Source of the DNA: Pelagomonas calceolata | Taxonomy: Eukaryota | DNA: 64,000 nt | Direction of reading: 5' to 3' | Assembly: GCA_918797485.1 (NCBI GenBank) | Contig: CAKKNE010000003.1 | Location: 2,232,001 to 2,296,000 of the forward strand | Shown: positions 47,586-57,088 of the stretch, one piece after another | Numbering within the stretch: the first letter of the stretch is position 1 | How the letters are laid out: every line of letters starts with the position of its first letter | Program-made: the position numbers and the translations under genes | Notes under the pieces: model-generated | What the model was told of the DNA's origin: nothing | What the model saw: the letters and a program-made list of their open reading frames with translations, nothing else | Database searches by the model: none

Positions 47586-47975
47586 CTACTTCTGCGCCAG
47601 CGCCAGCAGCGCCACTGGCAGGAGCACCGCGATGGCCAGCGACCCCGCGTAGATGCCGTTCTTCCACGTCACGGGGTTCGTCGCGGTCTTCACGAACTTC
47701 GTCGCGGCGCGCTCGGGGTCGACGGGCCGCTTCTTCTTCTTCCGCGGGGCCGGCTGCTTCGCGGCGGTGTCCAAGGCGTCGTTCAGCACGGCGGTTTCCA
47801 CGGCGTCGAGCGAGGGCGCCGCGGCGGCGTCGTCGTCGGCGCCCCCGCCGTCAAGGTCGTCGGCCCATCGCCGCGTCAACGCATGTGATGGCGTACCGAT
47901 GGTCACCGATGCCGGCGTGACGAACGCCGCGGCCGACGAGGCTGTGAGTGAGAGGAGTAGTGCTCTCTGATGCAT
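47586..47975 (-). CDS. Small plastid-targeted membrane protein, unknown function
   Basis: Signal peptide ending AAAF (ASAFAP-like) and C-terminal hydrophobic helix. Confidence 0.6.
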   Translation of the reverse strand: MHQRALLLSLTASSAAAFVTPASVTIGTPSHALTRRWADDLDGGGADDDAAAAPSLDAVETAVLNDALDTAAKQPAPRKKKKRPVDPERAATKFVKTATNPVTWKNGIYAGSLAIAVLLPVALLALAQK

Positions 47976-48423
47976 TGGTGCTATGTGAGTGCTCGCAATT
48001 GGGCGAGCGATGCGGTATCGCACTCCGTCGCAGTGATGGTCGCACACTGCAGTCGCGTACGCTGCGAGCGGCCGCGGCACGTGCGCGGAGGCTGGCGTCT
48101 CCCCAGTTGGCCTCTCGTAAACTCACGTCTCCTAAGCTTCCAGAAAAGCGTCCGAACAGGGTCCACAGGTGTCTGTCGTCGGCATCAGAGGATTTTTAAA
48201 CTCCATTCACTAGCGTGCGGTACCGACTCTAGAGCTTGCTCGTGCTGCTGATGCCGGCCGGCCGCAGAGCTTCGACGCCGGCTGTCGTAAATTCAATTGA
48301 ACAACGAGACATAAACGAGGAGAGTACCAGCCATCGTGCCGCACTACTGCGGGTCTAAGTATCAGCAGAAACAACGCCACGCGCAAGAGCAGGAGGCGCC
48401 GAATTTGGATCTCAAAAAAAAAA

Positions 48424-50043
48424 ATGACCAGCGCACTGCGCGCTCTGCTCCTCGTCATCGCGCCCGCCGCCGCCCTCGTGCGCGGCAGCTTCACGTGGCG
48501 CGTGCCCAGCGACCGTTTAAACAAGGGCGAGCCCATCGAGTCCGCGCCGTTCGACTGCGCCGGCCAGCGGTGGACACTCAAGCTCTCGCCACGTAACAAT
48601 AAGAGGTGCGGTGTTGAGTTAAGGTACGCGGCGAAGGACGTGGGCGACGCCGTCGACGCGGCCTTCACGCTCCGGCTGGGTTCCAATACTGAGGAAGGCG
48701 GCCTCACGTTCGTCCACCCTTTAGCCGCGGGCGTCTTGGACGGCGAGGGTCCGGCCTACCGGACGGAACTGGATATCGACGACGAATTGCTCGAGGTCGA
48801 GTCCGAGATTCAAGTGTATGCGGCGTCGTCCGATACCAAGACGGCGACCGACCGGCAGTTCGCGACGTTCCGCCACCCCGAGCCGGCCGTCAAGCTCGCG
48901 CGGAAGACGAACTCGCCGCTGCCGTTAGCTTTAGCGAGGTTACCGCGACTGGTAAGAGCTGCCTTCGCCGCCCCGGACGCCGTCCGGAACGGGTTACGGG
49001 TGGGCCACGTCGTCGTGCCCGTGCTGGTCGAGGGCGGCGCGCCCGACAGCGCTAGGCGCGGCGTCGCGCCGCTGGGGGCCGACGGGCTGCCCGCGCCGCC
49101 GCGAAGCATCGAGCAGTGCGAGGCGTTGAAGGAACAGACGCTGTTCATGGTCCAGGCGGGCCTCCAGGCCTGGGGCGTGAACGGCGGCGACGAGCGGACG
49201 CGCGGGGCGTTGGGTGCGCGCGGCGTGCTGCCCGGAGCCGATTATAGGGTCGAGTCGCTGGAGCTCGCGGACGGGACTCGCGTCGCTCGCTTGCCCGACG
49301 GCATTTCGAAAGGTGTTAGGGTCGCGTTACAACCGATCTTCCCCTGGCGCTTCCGGGGCGCGCCCGACGGCGGCTGGCCCGCGACGCTCGAGCTGGACGG
49401 CGTCGACGGCTGCGACGACGGCGGCGAGGCGTGCGCTATTCTCGATGGGACGGACGCTTCTCTAGCGTTACTGACGCAGCCGGGCTTCGCCGCGGCGACG
49501 GCGACGGCCGCGGCGGCGCTCGGCTCGACGTTCGCGGCCTTGGCGCTCTTCTTCTGCAACTGCTTCTCGCTGACCTACATCCCGACGACGTCCATGGTGC
49601 CGACCTTACAGCCCGGCGACGTCGTGTTGCAGGACCGGTTCTTCACGGGGACCGGCTTCGGACCCGTCTTCCTCAAACCCAAGGCCGGCGACTTGATCTT
49701 CTTCGAGCCGCCGCCGGCCTTGAAATCTTTGGTGGATACGGGCAACACGAAGCAGTTCGTTAAAAGAGTTGCGGCCGTCGAGGGCGACATCGTAAGGGTC
49801 ACGGAAACGGGAGACGTCTTCGTCAAGGGCGTGCCGCGGCCGGGTTTGTGTGATCCGAAGACGGGGCGCAAGCCCCAGTTCGCGGAAGCGAAGGGCCGCG
49901 TGCCGCGCGGCACGGTCTACGTGCTCGGCGACTGCCCGGGCAACAGTGTGGATTCGCGGTCGTGGGGCAACCTGCCCGTGGACCTCGTGACGGGCCGGCC
50001 TTTGGTCAGGCTCTGGCCTCCCGCGCGCGTCGGGCCCATCTGA
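48424..50043 (+). CDS. Signal peptidase I (S26, thylakoid-processing type) with N-terminal MATH-like domain
   Basis: IPTTSMVPTLQPGD, FVKRV (Ser/Lys dyad), VLGD...NSVDSR.WG; N-terminal FTWRV...SAPFDCAGQRWTLKLSP. Confidence 0.82.
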   Translation: MTSALRALLLVIAPAAALVRGSFTWRVPSDRLNKGEPIESAPFDCAGQRWTLKLSPRNNKRCGVELRYAAKDVGDAVDAAFTLRLGSNTEEGGLTFVHPLAAGVLDGEGPAYRTELDIDDELLEVESEIQVYAASSDTKTATDRQFATFRHPEPAVKLARKTNSPLPLALARLPRLVRAAFAAPDAVRNGLRVGHVVVPVLVEGGAPDSARRGVAPLGADGLPAPPRSIEQCEALKEQTLFMVQAGLQAWGVNGGDERTRGALGARGVLPGADYRVESLELADGTRVARLPDGISKGVRVALQPIFPWRFRGAPDGGWPATLELDGVDGCDDGGEACAILDGTDASLALLTQPGFAAATATAAAALGSTFAALALFFCNCFSLTYIPTTSMVPTLQPGDVVLQDRFFTGTGFGPVFLKPKAGDLIFFEPPPALKSLVDTGNTKQFVKRVAAVEGDIVRVTETGDVFVKGVPRPGLCDPKTGRKPQFAEAKGRVPRGTVYVLGDCPGNSVDSRSWGNLPVDLVTGRPLVRLWPPARVGPI

Positions 50044-50245
50044 TTGAACTCTCCTCGCTTTCTAAGAACTTTGTGTGCATTCGCCGTCGTCGTCTCGGAG
50101 CCAACACTCGGGGCGACGGCGTACGTGGGCGGGGGCGGGGCGGCGTTCGGTCACGCAGCCCCCGCGGCGACGTGGCTAGGCGGCCTAGCTCTAAGCAAAG
50201 CATACGGGGTTCATACATGTGCTTACGGGAAACTTGGTGCGCGCC

Positions 50246-50956
50246 TCAGACGCCGCTCAGCGGCTTCTCCTTCATCTCCTTCTTCGCGCCCTTGCTCTTA
50301 AGGAAGTCGCGGATCTTCTTCGCGCCGATGTCCTCGGCCCGCTGCAGCGCCGTCATCTTCGCGAGGCCCGTGAAGACCTTGCGGTCGTTCATGTAGTCGA
50401 GGTCCGCGCCCGCGGCCACGATCAGTTCGACGCACTCCAGGGACTCGCCCTCGACGGCCCGGTACAGGGCGCTCGTGTCCTTCTCGGACCACTCCTCGCC
50501 GAGTTTGGCGTTGACGTCCGCGCCGGCCTTCAGGAGCGCCTTGATGATCTCGGGCTTGGGCACGTTCAGCGACGCGGCGAGCGTCAGGGCGTTGGCGCCG
50601 AGCTCGTCGGGCCGGTCGATCGTGGCGACCGTCGCGGGGTCCTTGAGCATCTCCTCGACCTCGACGGTGTCGCTGCCGTCGAGCTTGTTCCACGACCGCG
50701 AGATGTAGGCCATGAGCGGGGACTCGTCGACTTTGAAGACCTTGTTCGGGTCGAACGCGGCCGCCGAAGACGGCGCGGGCGCGGGGGCGGCGGGCTCTTC
50801 GGCCGGCGCGGCGGCGGCGGGGGCCTCGGCCTCCGCCGGCGCCTCGGACTCGGTCGTTTCGGCGCGTAGCGGCTTCACCGCGCTCGGCATCGGAATCTTG
50901 GGCACGAAGCCACTGCATGCGGCCGCGATAGCGAGGAGTAAAACAGTAGTGCGCAT
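50246..50956 (-). CDS. Ankyrin-repeat protein, plastid-targeted
   Basis: MRTTVLLLAIAAACSGF leader; ALTLAA...ALLKAGADVN, SALYRAV...LIVAAGADLD. Confidence 0.82.
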   Translation of the reverse strand: MRTTVLLLAIAAACSGFVPKIPMPSAVKPLRAETTESEAPAEAEAPAAAAPAEEPAAPAPAPSSAAAFDPNKVFKVDESPLMAYISRSWNKLDGSDTVEVEEMLKDPATVATIDRPDELGANALTLAASLNVPKPEIIKALLKAGADVNAKLGEEWSEKDTSALYRAVEGESLECVELIVAAGADLDYMNDRKVFTGLAKMTALQRAEDIGAKKIRDFLKSKGAKKEMKEKPLSGV

Positions 50957-51400
50957 TTTGTTGCTGCTGTTCTCTGTGAATACGCGACGATTTCCGCTAA
51001 AAAGCTTCGCAGACGACGTGTTATAGTCAGGTCGGACGACGCACAACTTTACTAGCAGTCTTGATGCGTTCAGCCAGCGTTCACAACAAGTAATTAAGAT
51101 TTGCGCAGGCTCGTGTCTCGGCAGTCTGGTCGGCGCCAAACTGCACCAGACGCTTACAAGCCCTTGCTGTAGACGTCCCCGAGGAAATTTTGCCAACAAG
51201 GGTGACCGACGCTAGGTAGGGGCTCTAGCACGCTCGTGCCCCTTGAGCCGCTGCGAGTCTGGTCGCGTGCCATACGCGCTGCGCGCTGCGAGCTGTAGTG
51301 TTAAAACTCAGGAGGCGACGCCGCCGCGCAGGACGCACGGCTGGGGACGCATTTCGTTGTTTTCAGAAGCAGCAAATCCACAACGCAAGCAGAGGCAAAG

Positions 51401-51994
51401 ATGAGGCTGTGCGTGTTCGCCGCGCTGGCGGCCACCGCGGCAGCATTCTGCGGCAATCCCAGCTGTTCGGGGTGTCCCGGCTGCCAGGGCTTGGCCGTAA
51501 CTAAGTCGATGTCAAAAGTGGCCGGCGCCGCCGCGCTCGGCACGGCGCTGGTCTTCACGCCGGCGCTGGCCTTCGCCGCGCCCGGCGACTCGATCAAGCG
51601 CACGGCCCCGGTCGAAAGACAGGAGTACGCCGACGAGTCCGGCCTCAAAAAATACTCGTACTCGAACATGCCCTGGGAGGACCTCGACAAGTCGACCGCC
51701 AAGTTCGCGCCCAAGACGAACTGGAACACGCTCTACCCCGAGAAGCGCTTGAGACTCGAGAAGAAGTCGCCGGTCGCGCGCCGCGACCTCGCGCCCGCCG
51801 GGAACTTCGCGACGTACGCGAAGACCTACCCCGGTTTGTACTCGGCGGTGAGCGGCCTGCCCATGGGCCAGGTGCCCGAGCTCATGATGAAGCCCTCGGA
51901 GAGCAAGAAGCCCGTCTACCCCAACGGCTTCTACAAGGCCCCGCCGAAGAAGCCCGTGAACGCGAAGAAGGCGGCGCCGGTGAAGAAGAAGTAG
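51401..51994 (+). CDS. Hypothetical plastid (possibly thylakoid-lumen) protein
   Basis: Signal peptide ending TAAAF, second hydrophobic stretch ending ALAFA, strong coding bias. Confidence 0.7.
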   Translation: MRLCVFAALAATAAAFCGNPSCSGCPGCQGLAVTKSMSKVAGAAALGTALVFTPALAFAAPGDSIKRTAPVERQEYADESGLKKYSYSNMPWEDLDKSTAKFAPKTNWNTLYPEKRLRLEKKSPVARRDLAPAGNFATYAKTYPGLYSAVSGLPMGQVPELMMKPSESKKPVYPNGFYKAPPKKPVNAKKAAPVKKK

Positions 51995-52042
51995 GATCTG
52001 GGGCTAGTAACACGCATACTAACTTTCGACGGGCGGATATGT

Positions 52043-53098
52043 TCACGCGCGCAGGGCGATCGACCGCGCGAGCCCGAGCGTCTGGAACCACTTCGACTCG
52101 TGGCGCCGCGCGCGTCCGGCGCCGGGCGTCTTCGGCCGGCCGTCGCGCTGATAATGATTGGCCCGAGGGCGTTCGACGTTGTGGCGCAGGCGCGTGCTCG
52201 TCGCCGGCTGGGGCAGCAGCATGCTCTTCTCCAGCCAGCAGTTGCCCGGCGCCGTTATCGGCCGATTGTCTCCATTAATGCAGGGCTCCGCGAAGGGCAC
52301 CTCGAAGCGCCGCTCGTAGAGGTAAAGGACGTCGCGCGCCGCCTGCCGTTTCTTAAGCTTGGCGTTGGCTGCCCGGAGGCGTTGCGGATTCGTCGCCTCT
52401 CGGGTCGCCTGGCGCCGCCGCTCCACGGGCGTCGAGCAGCGACTGCGGACGGACAGCGTACTCGGCTGGCTCACGAGCGAGCGCCGGCCCGCGGGCCGCG
52501 CCTGCGAATCGGGACTCCACGCGCTCAGCAAGGACCCATCGTCCTCGGAGAGCTTGACGCGGGCGTCCCGCGTGAAGGAGTGGGCGTCGTCGCGGCGCGG
52601 CGCGAGCCAGGGCGACGTGTTGATAAACCGGCGCCGCCGCCTGTGTAGAAATAAAAGTTTTACGGCGCGCTCGTGCTGAATCATCGCGTCGTCCTCCACG
52701 CCATCGATGCGACGCCTGCTCGATGGCGTGGCGTTGCCGGTGCCTCACCGTTCGACGGAGCCAGGACGGCCGCGTGCACCCGACGCACTGGTTTATTTCC
52801 ACACAGGCCGCCACGTCTTCCCGGGCCACCCCAACTCCACCCCGCCGATCGGCGAGATGCGCTGCTCGTCCGGCGGGAAGCGCCGCGCGCACCCGAAGGT
52901 GCCGGGCGTGTACGGGGGGTAGCGGTGCTTGCGCCGCCGGAACGACTCGTTCAGGCTCACGGACGTGATGGACCGGTCGCTCCGCGTGCTCGCCGGGCGG
53001 CTGTCGACGGACGCGAGGGTCTGCACCGGCGTCCAGGGGCGCTTCGGCCGGCGGCTCGCGGCCGAGCCCGTCGTGAGGACCGAGACGTCGTCCAGCAT
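52043..53098 (-). CDS. Hypothetical protein with one introner intron 52641-52814
   Basis: ORFs 52793-53098 and 52043-52699 are in the same frame and join across a TIR/TSD intron. Confidence 0.55.
52641..52814 (-). mobile_element. Introner-type intron (TSD GTGGCGGC/GCGGCGGC)
   Basis: CTGTGTAGAAATAAA at 52641 and TTTATTTCCACACAG ending 52806; internal sequence is similar to the 13517 and 5828 elements. Confidence 0.85.
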
Positions 53099-53146
53099 TT
53101 TTGCAAGTGATCTCTTCTCGCGTCGACGGCGTGGGGGAGAGGCCTC

Positions 53147-53209
53147 TGTACTACGGTCCTATGCCCGTAGTAGCGTTTTGTACTACGGTTCCTATGCCCG
53201 TAGCAGCGT
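53147..53209. repeat. Two tandem ~30-bp hairpin units between divergent genes
   Basis: TACTACGG-tcctatgc-CCGTAGTA followed by TACTACGG-ttcctatgc-CCGTAGCA. Confidence 0.8.
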
Positions 53210-53532
53210 GAGGACAGGCAGCCTCCGGGGAGGGGAGGGGTTGCTGCAAGGGCAGGAACAAGGGGGGCAGCAGGGGCAGCACCCGCAGCTACCCGGGACA
53301 GCAAAATTTGGACGAATTGGGGCAAGTGCAGGGCGCAAAATCCGGGAGAGCAAGTCTGGAGAGCATGTAGCCCTAGCGTAAACTCTCTAGTGCAGACGGT
53401 GATTTACGCGCAACGCGACGCGCAACGCCGCCCGGGCAGCTGCGGGCATCTTAGGCGTGGTCCCGGGACCGTCTCCCACGCGCGGTCGCAGCCCGGAGTC
53501 CTGCCGCAAAGAAGGGGCTGCCCAGCAAGGCC

Positions 53533-54669
53533 ATGGCCGACCGGTACCGCGGCCCGCCGCCGGGCATCCCCGGCGTCACGGCGCCCTGCCAGGTGCCCAT
53601 TTCCTCAAAAACGCGGCGCCATCGACGGACGAGTCGCGAGCCGGAGCGACGCTGGGGCGACGGGCCGCAAAAAATGCTCGCGCCGGTCAACTGGACGGGG
53701 CACGCCTGTCCCCAGATCGCGGACTGCGCGACGGTGCAGGAGCTCCTGAAATTGGTCCCGGACGCCGCTCCCGAAGTCCTGGAACAGGTCATGAAGGTGA
53801 TTTTGGACCGCGCCGCGAGCGGTTTCGGGAGAGACCCCGAATGTAAATGCGGCGGCTGGCGGACGTCGGTGTTTCGGGATGCGCTGGCGCAGATGGACCA
53901 CCCCCTGCTCAAAGTTTGGAGTGAGGAGGGCTGCGAGCACCAAGGCAACGACCCGTCATTACCAGAACTCGAGGATTTAAGGCGCGGCGGCATCGCGGAC
54001 GCCGTATTAGCGTGCGCGCAGCGACGGGACAAGGGCTTCGCTGTCGTAGGGTTGTACATCGCGTATATTGTGGCGCTGCCGCCGGCTTTATTACATCACG
54101 GCGCGCACGGCAACTTTTCCAAAATGGTGCGCCTCGCCGTCGGCTCCGTTTCAACAGAAGAGGCGGCGCGGAGCGTCGCGGCCCTCGAACATCTGGATCG
54201 CATCTGCCTCGAGACGCGGCCGGACCGGCTCGACTGCCGGCAGTTATATGTGGACGCCGTCGTCGCGGCGCGGCAGGGGCGCGTCGTCCGAGGCGCGTTG
54301 AAGCGGGGGTCCATCGTCTTGCCGTTCTGCGACGGGTGCGGCCGCCGCGTCGAGGCGGCGAGGCGGTGCGCGCGGTGCAAGCACGTGTTTTATTGTAGCG
54401 TGGAGTGCCAGAAGGCCGCGTGGGCGCGGCCCGTCGCCGGCCACGCGCGGACCTGCGCGGCGTTGGGGGATCTCCAGAAGCGGGCCGGGACCATGACGTT
54501 CGGCCTCGACAAAATGGTCTGCGCGGAGTGCGACTTCGGGCCGACGACGCCGGATCTGCTCCGGTGGCACTGCACGCTGACGCAGCACCGGCGGTGGCCG
54601 GAGCGGGACTTCATCCGCTACGAGGACGAGTCTTCGGACTCGTCGGGGTGCGGGTCGGACGTGGAGTAA
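53533..54669 (+). CDS. MYND zinc-finger protein with C-terminal C2H2-like finger
   Basis: CDGC....RRCARCKHVFYCSVECQKAAW....HARTC; CAECDF...LRWHCTLTQH. Confidence 0.82.
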   Translation: MADRYRGPPPGIPGVTAPCQVPISSKTRRHRRTSREPERRWGDGPQKMLAPVNWTGHACPQIADCATVQELLKLVPDAAPEVLEQVMKVILDRAASGFGRDPECKCGGWRTSVFRDALAQMDHPLLKVWSEEGCEHQGNDPSLPELEDLRRGGIADAVLACAQRRDKGFAVVGLYIAYIVALPPALLHHGAHGNFSKMVRLAVGSVSTEEAARSVAALEHLDRICLETRPDRLDCRQLYVDAVVAARQGRVVRGALKRGSIVLPFCDGCGRRVEAARRCARCKHVFYCSVECQKAAWARPVAGHARTCAALGDLQKRAGTMTFGLDKMVCAECDFGPTTPDLLRWHCTLTQHRRWPERDFIRYEDESSDSSGCGSDVE

Positions 54670-54995
54670 GTTGCTGTTTTTGTTTATCCTGGGTTTTTCT
54701 TAGGCCAGGCCATGTCTATTTGTTATGGTGCGTGCGTCGGAGGCGTATACGAACGATCGAAGCTAGTGTCTTTACGACGCTAGCAGCGCGAGCAAGCGCG
54801 TGGCAAGTCGTGTGCGCGGCCGCGTCGTCGTCGGCGACCGTTTTTGTTCACTGCAGACTTAGCCCGCAACCACCCGCAATACATACAGCACGTACCTTGA
54901 ACGCTGCAGACTCGTGCGGTTCGAAGAGGCTTTTGTCAGGAGAGGCTGTGGCTTAGCCCCCAAAGCGTCACCGCGCGCCGTCGCCGCGACCAGCG

Positions 54996-55631
54996 ATGAC
55001 GTCCGCCGCGACCCGCATCCTCCGGGCGCGCGGCCACTTCGAGGTCCTCGGCCTGCCGCGGGAGCAGTGCACGTCCGCGGCCGTGCGCGCGCAGTTCACG
55101 AAGCTCGTCAAGGAGGTGCATCCCGACAAGTGCAGCCACCCGGACGCCGCCGCGGCCTTTCGCCGCTTGCAGGCCGCGAACGACGCGTTGAAGGCGACGG
55201 GCTCGCGGACGCGCCACCTGCTGCGCGAGCAGCGGCGGCCGCCGGACCGGCCGAGCGCCGTCGCGCCCCTGCTGGAGACGATCGGCTCGACGCGCGTCCT
55301 CGCCGCGGCGGCGGGCTGTTTGGTGCTGGCGGAGGTCTGCCGCATCGCCTTCGGGGAGGACGCCGTCGCCGTCGAGCCCGTGCGTCACCTCGTGCCGCCG
55401 GAGCGCGAGCCGACGCGGGCGCCCCTCGCGCCCGCGTTCTCGTCGACGGCGGGGCTGCCCTACGAGGGCCACTCGAAGGAGGTCATCGGCGCCAAGGTCG
55501 CCGCCGGGCTGGAGAAGGCGGCGGCGCGACGGCGCGAGCGGGTCGCGGAGCCGCCCGTGGCCACGCGGTCGGACCTGCGGCGGCCGGCGCCGATGGCCCG
55601 GAACAAGCGTCCGAGCCAATCTGTTAAATAA
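54996..55631 (+). CDS. DnaJ (J-domain) protein
   Basis: HFEVLGL...VRAQFTKLVKEVHPDKC...AFRRLQAA. Confidence 0.85.
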   Translation: MTSAATRILRARGHFEVLGLPREQCTSAAVRAQFTKLVKEVHPDKCSHPDAAAAFRRLQAANDALKATGSRTRHLLREQRRPPDRPSAVAPLLETIGSTRVLAAAAGCLVLAEVCRIAFGEDAVAVEPVRHLVPPEREPTRAPLAPAFSSTAGLPYEGHSKEVIGAKVAAGLEKAAARRRERVAEPPVATRSDLRRPAPMARNKRPSQSVK

Positions 55632-55773
55632 AGTTGTGTTTTTAGATGGATGTCTCCGACCCGACATACCCGACCCGACGTCAGGCTCGACTCTCCGCTT
55701 TGCTGCGGGGGGAAGCTTATGCTTTGCTGCGGGCTCCCTGATTGCTGCCCGCCCGGCACACCGAGTAGCTAGC

Positions 55774-56700
55774 ATGAGGTGCGCTGCCCTATGCCTCGCA
55801 GCCCTCCTGGCCGCTCCCGCGGTGGCTCAGGACTACAGCGGCCTCTGCATGACGCCCGCAAATTACCAGGGGGGCGCAATGTACGATCACGAGATTAGCC
55901 CGGCGGTGACGTGTGATGCAATCATGGCCCACTGGACGAGCAGCGGCAACACCCTGGCGGGTTATGACTTTTCAGTCGGCCTACATTGCCCTCTCGAATC
56001 GTACGACGTCAAGAACGTCGTTAATATTGTAGCGTCCTATTGCTGCGGCACCGGTGACGCCGCTTCCCGGCGCAGCGCGTGCTGGGCGGACTACAGCCAC
56101 GTCTGCGCGACGCCCGCAAACTACCAGGGGGACGCAATGTACGATCACGAGATTAGCCAGGCGGTGACGTGCGATCAGATCATGGACTCCTTCACAAGCA
56201 GCGGCAACAACCTGGCGGGCAAGGACTTTTCGTCCGCCATATACGGGGCATGCTCTGCCGAATCGTACTTAGTCCAGGAAACCGTTAATATTGTAGCGTC
56301 CTATTGCTGCGGCACCGGCGACGCGCAGCGCAGTGCGTGCTGGAGGGACTACAGCTACGTCTGCGCGGACCCTACCCGCTGGACGCCCTCCGCCGAGTGG
56401 GAGGCCGCCAGCGCCTCCAACGGGAACACCGCGGCGTCCTGCCAGAAGGCAATGGAATATTCTACTTCTCCCGGTAGCGGGCACGTCTTTGAAGGGTATG
56501 AATTCGTGGACGCCTCATCTGCGGCGGAGTCCTGCACTACCCCCTCTGCCATCGAGGCCGTCCGTGCCGTCGCGGCCAAGTGCTGCGCCTCCGGCAACTC
56601 TGTCTGCTCCGACACCGTCGACTCCGCCACTTTGGGCGGCCGCGTCGCTTCGGCGGTCGGCGTGGTGTCCGTTTTCGCCGTTCTCTTGGGATTTCATTGA
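55774..56700 (+). CDS. Secreted/GPI-anchored Cys-rich repeat surface protein (3 repeats)
   Basis: Signal peptide; DYS..C.TPANYQG.AMYDHEIS.AVTCD...VNIVASYCCGTGDA..RSACW twice plus a diverged third copy; hydrophobic C-terminus. Confidence 0.8.
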   Translation: MRCAALCLAALLAAPAVAQDYSGLCMTPANYQGGAMYDHEISPAVTCDAIMAHWTSSGNTLAGYDFSVGLHCPLESYDVKNVVNIVASYCCGTGDAASRRSACWADYSHVCATPANYQGDAMYDHEISQAVTCDQIMDSFTSSGNNLAGKDFSSAIYGACSAESYLVQETVNIVASYCCGTGDAQRSACWRDYSYVCADPTRWTPSAEWEAASASNGNTAASCQKAMEYSTSPGSGHVFEGYEFVDASSAAESCTTPSAIEAVRAVAAKCCASGNSVCSDTVDSATLGGRVASAVGVVSVFAVLLGFH

Positions 56701-56772
56701 AAGGGTCGTTACGTGACGTACCCCCTCCGAGTCCGTCCTCGATTTCTAATTTAGTTATTAATTAACAGTGAA

Positions 56773-56985
56773 TCACTTCGCCGGGGTCGCGGGGCCAGAC
56801 CCGAGCAGCTCCGCCTTGATCGCGGCGAACTTGGGCCTCGCGCCGGGCTCGTGGGCCCAGCACCGTTGCATGAGCGCGACGAGGTCCGCCGGCGCTCCCT
56901 CGGGCACGGCCGGCCGCGCTTGCTTGGCCAGGATTTGCATTCCGACCTGCATCGGGTTGAGGCCGCGCCAGGGGATGTCCCCGCG
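56773..56985 (-). pseudogene. Orphan C-terminal fragment of a TKL-type protein kinase (subdomains X-XI)
   Basis: GDIPWRGLNPMQVGMQI....RPAVP...PADLVALMQRCWAHEPGARPKF; no upstream kinase motifs; in-frame stop just upstream. Confidence 0.72.
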
Positions 56986-57088
56986 GCCCAGATGCCGTTT
57001 TACAATGCACACTTAATCCCCCGACGCCTCCTGCATATCCAGAGGCATTATTGCCCCCTCGACGCCGTCGACGCGGCTCCCGAGGTGG

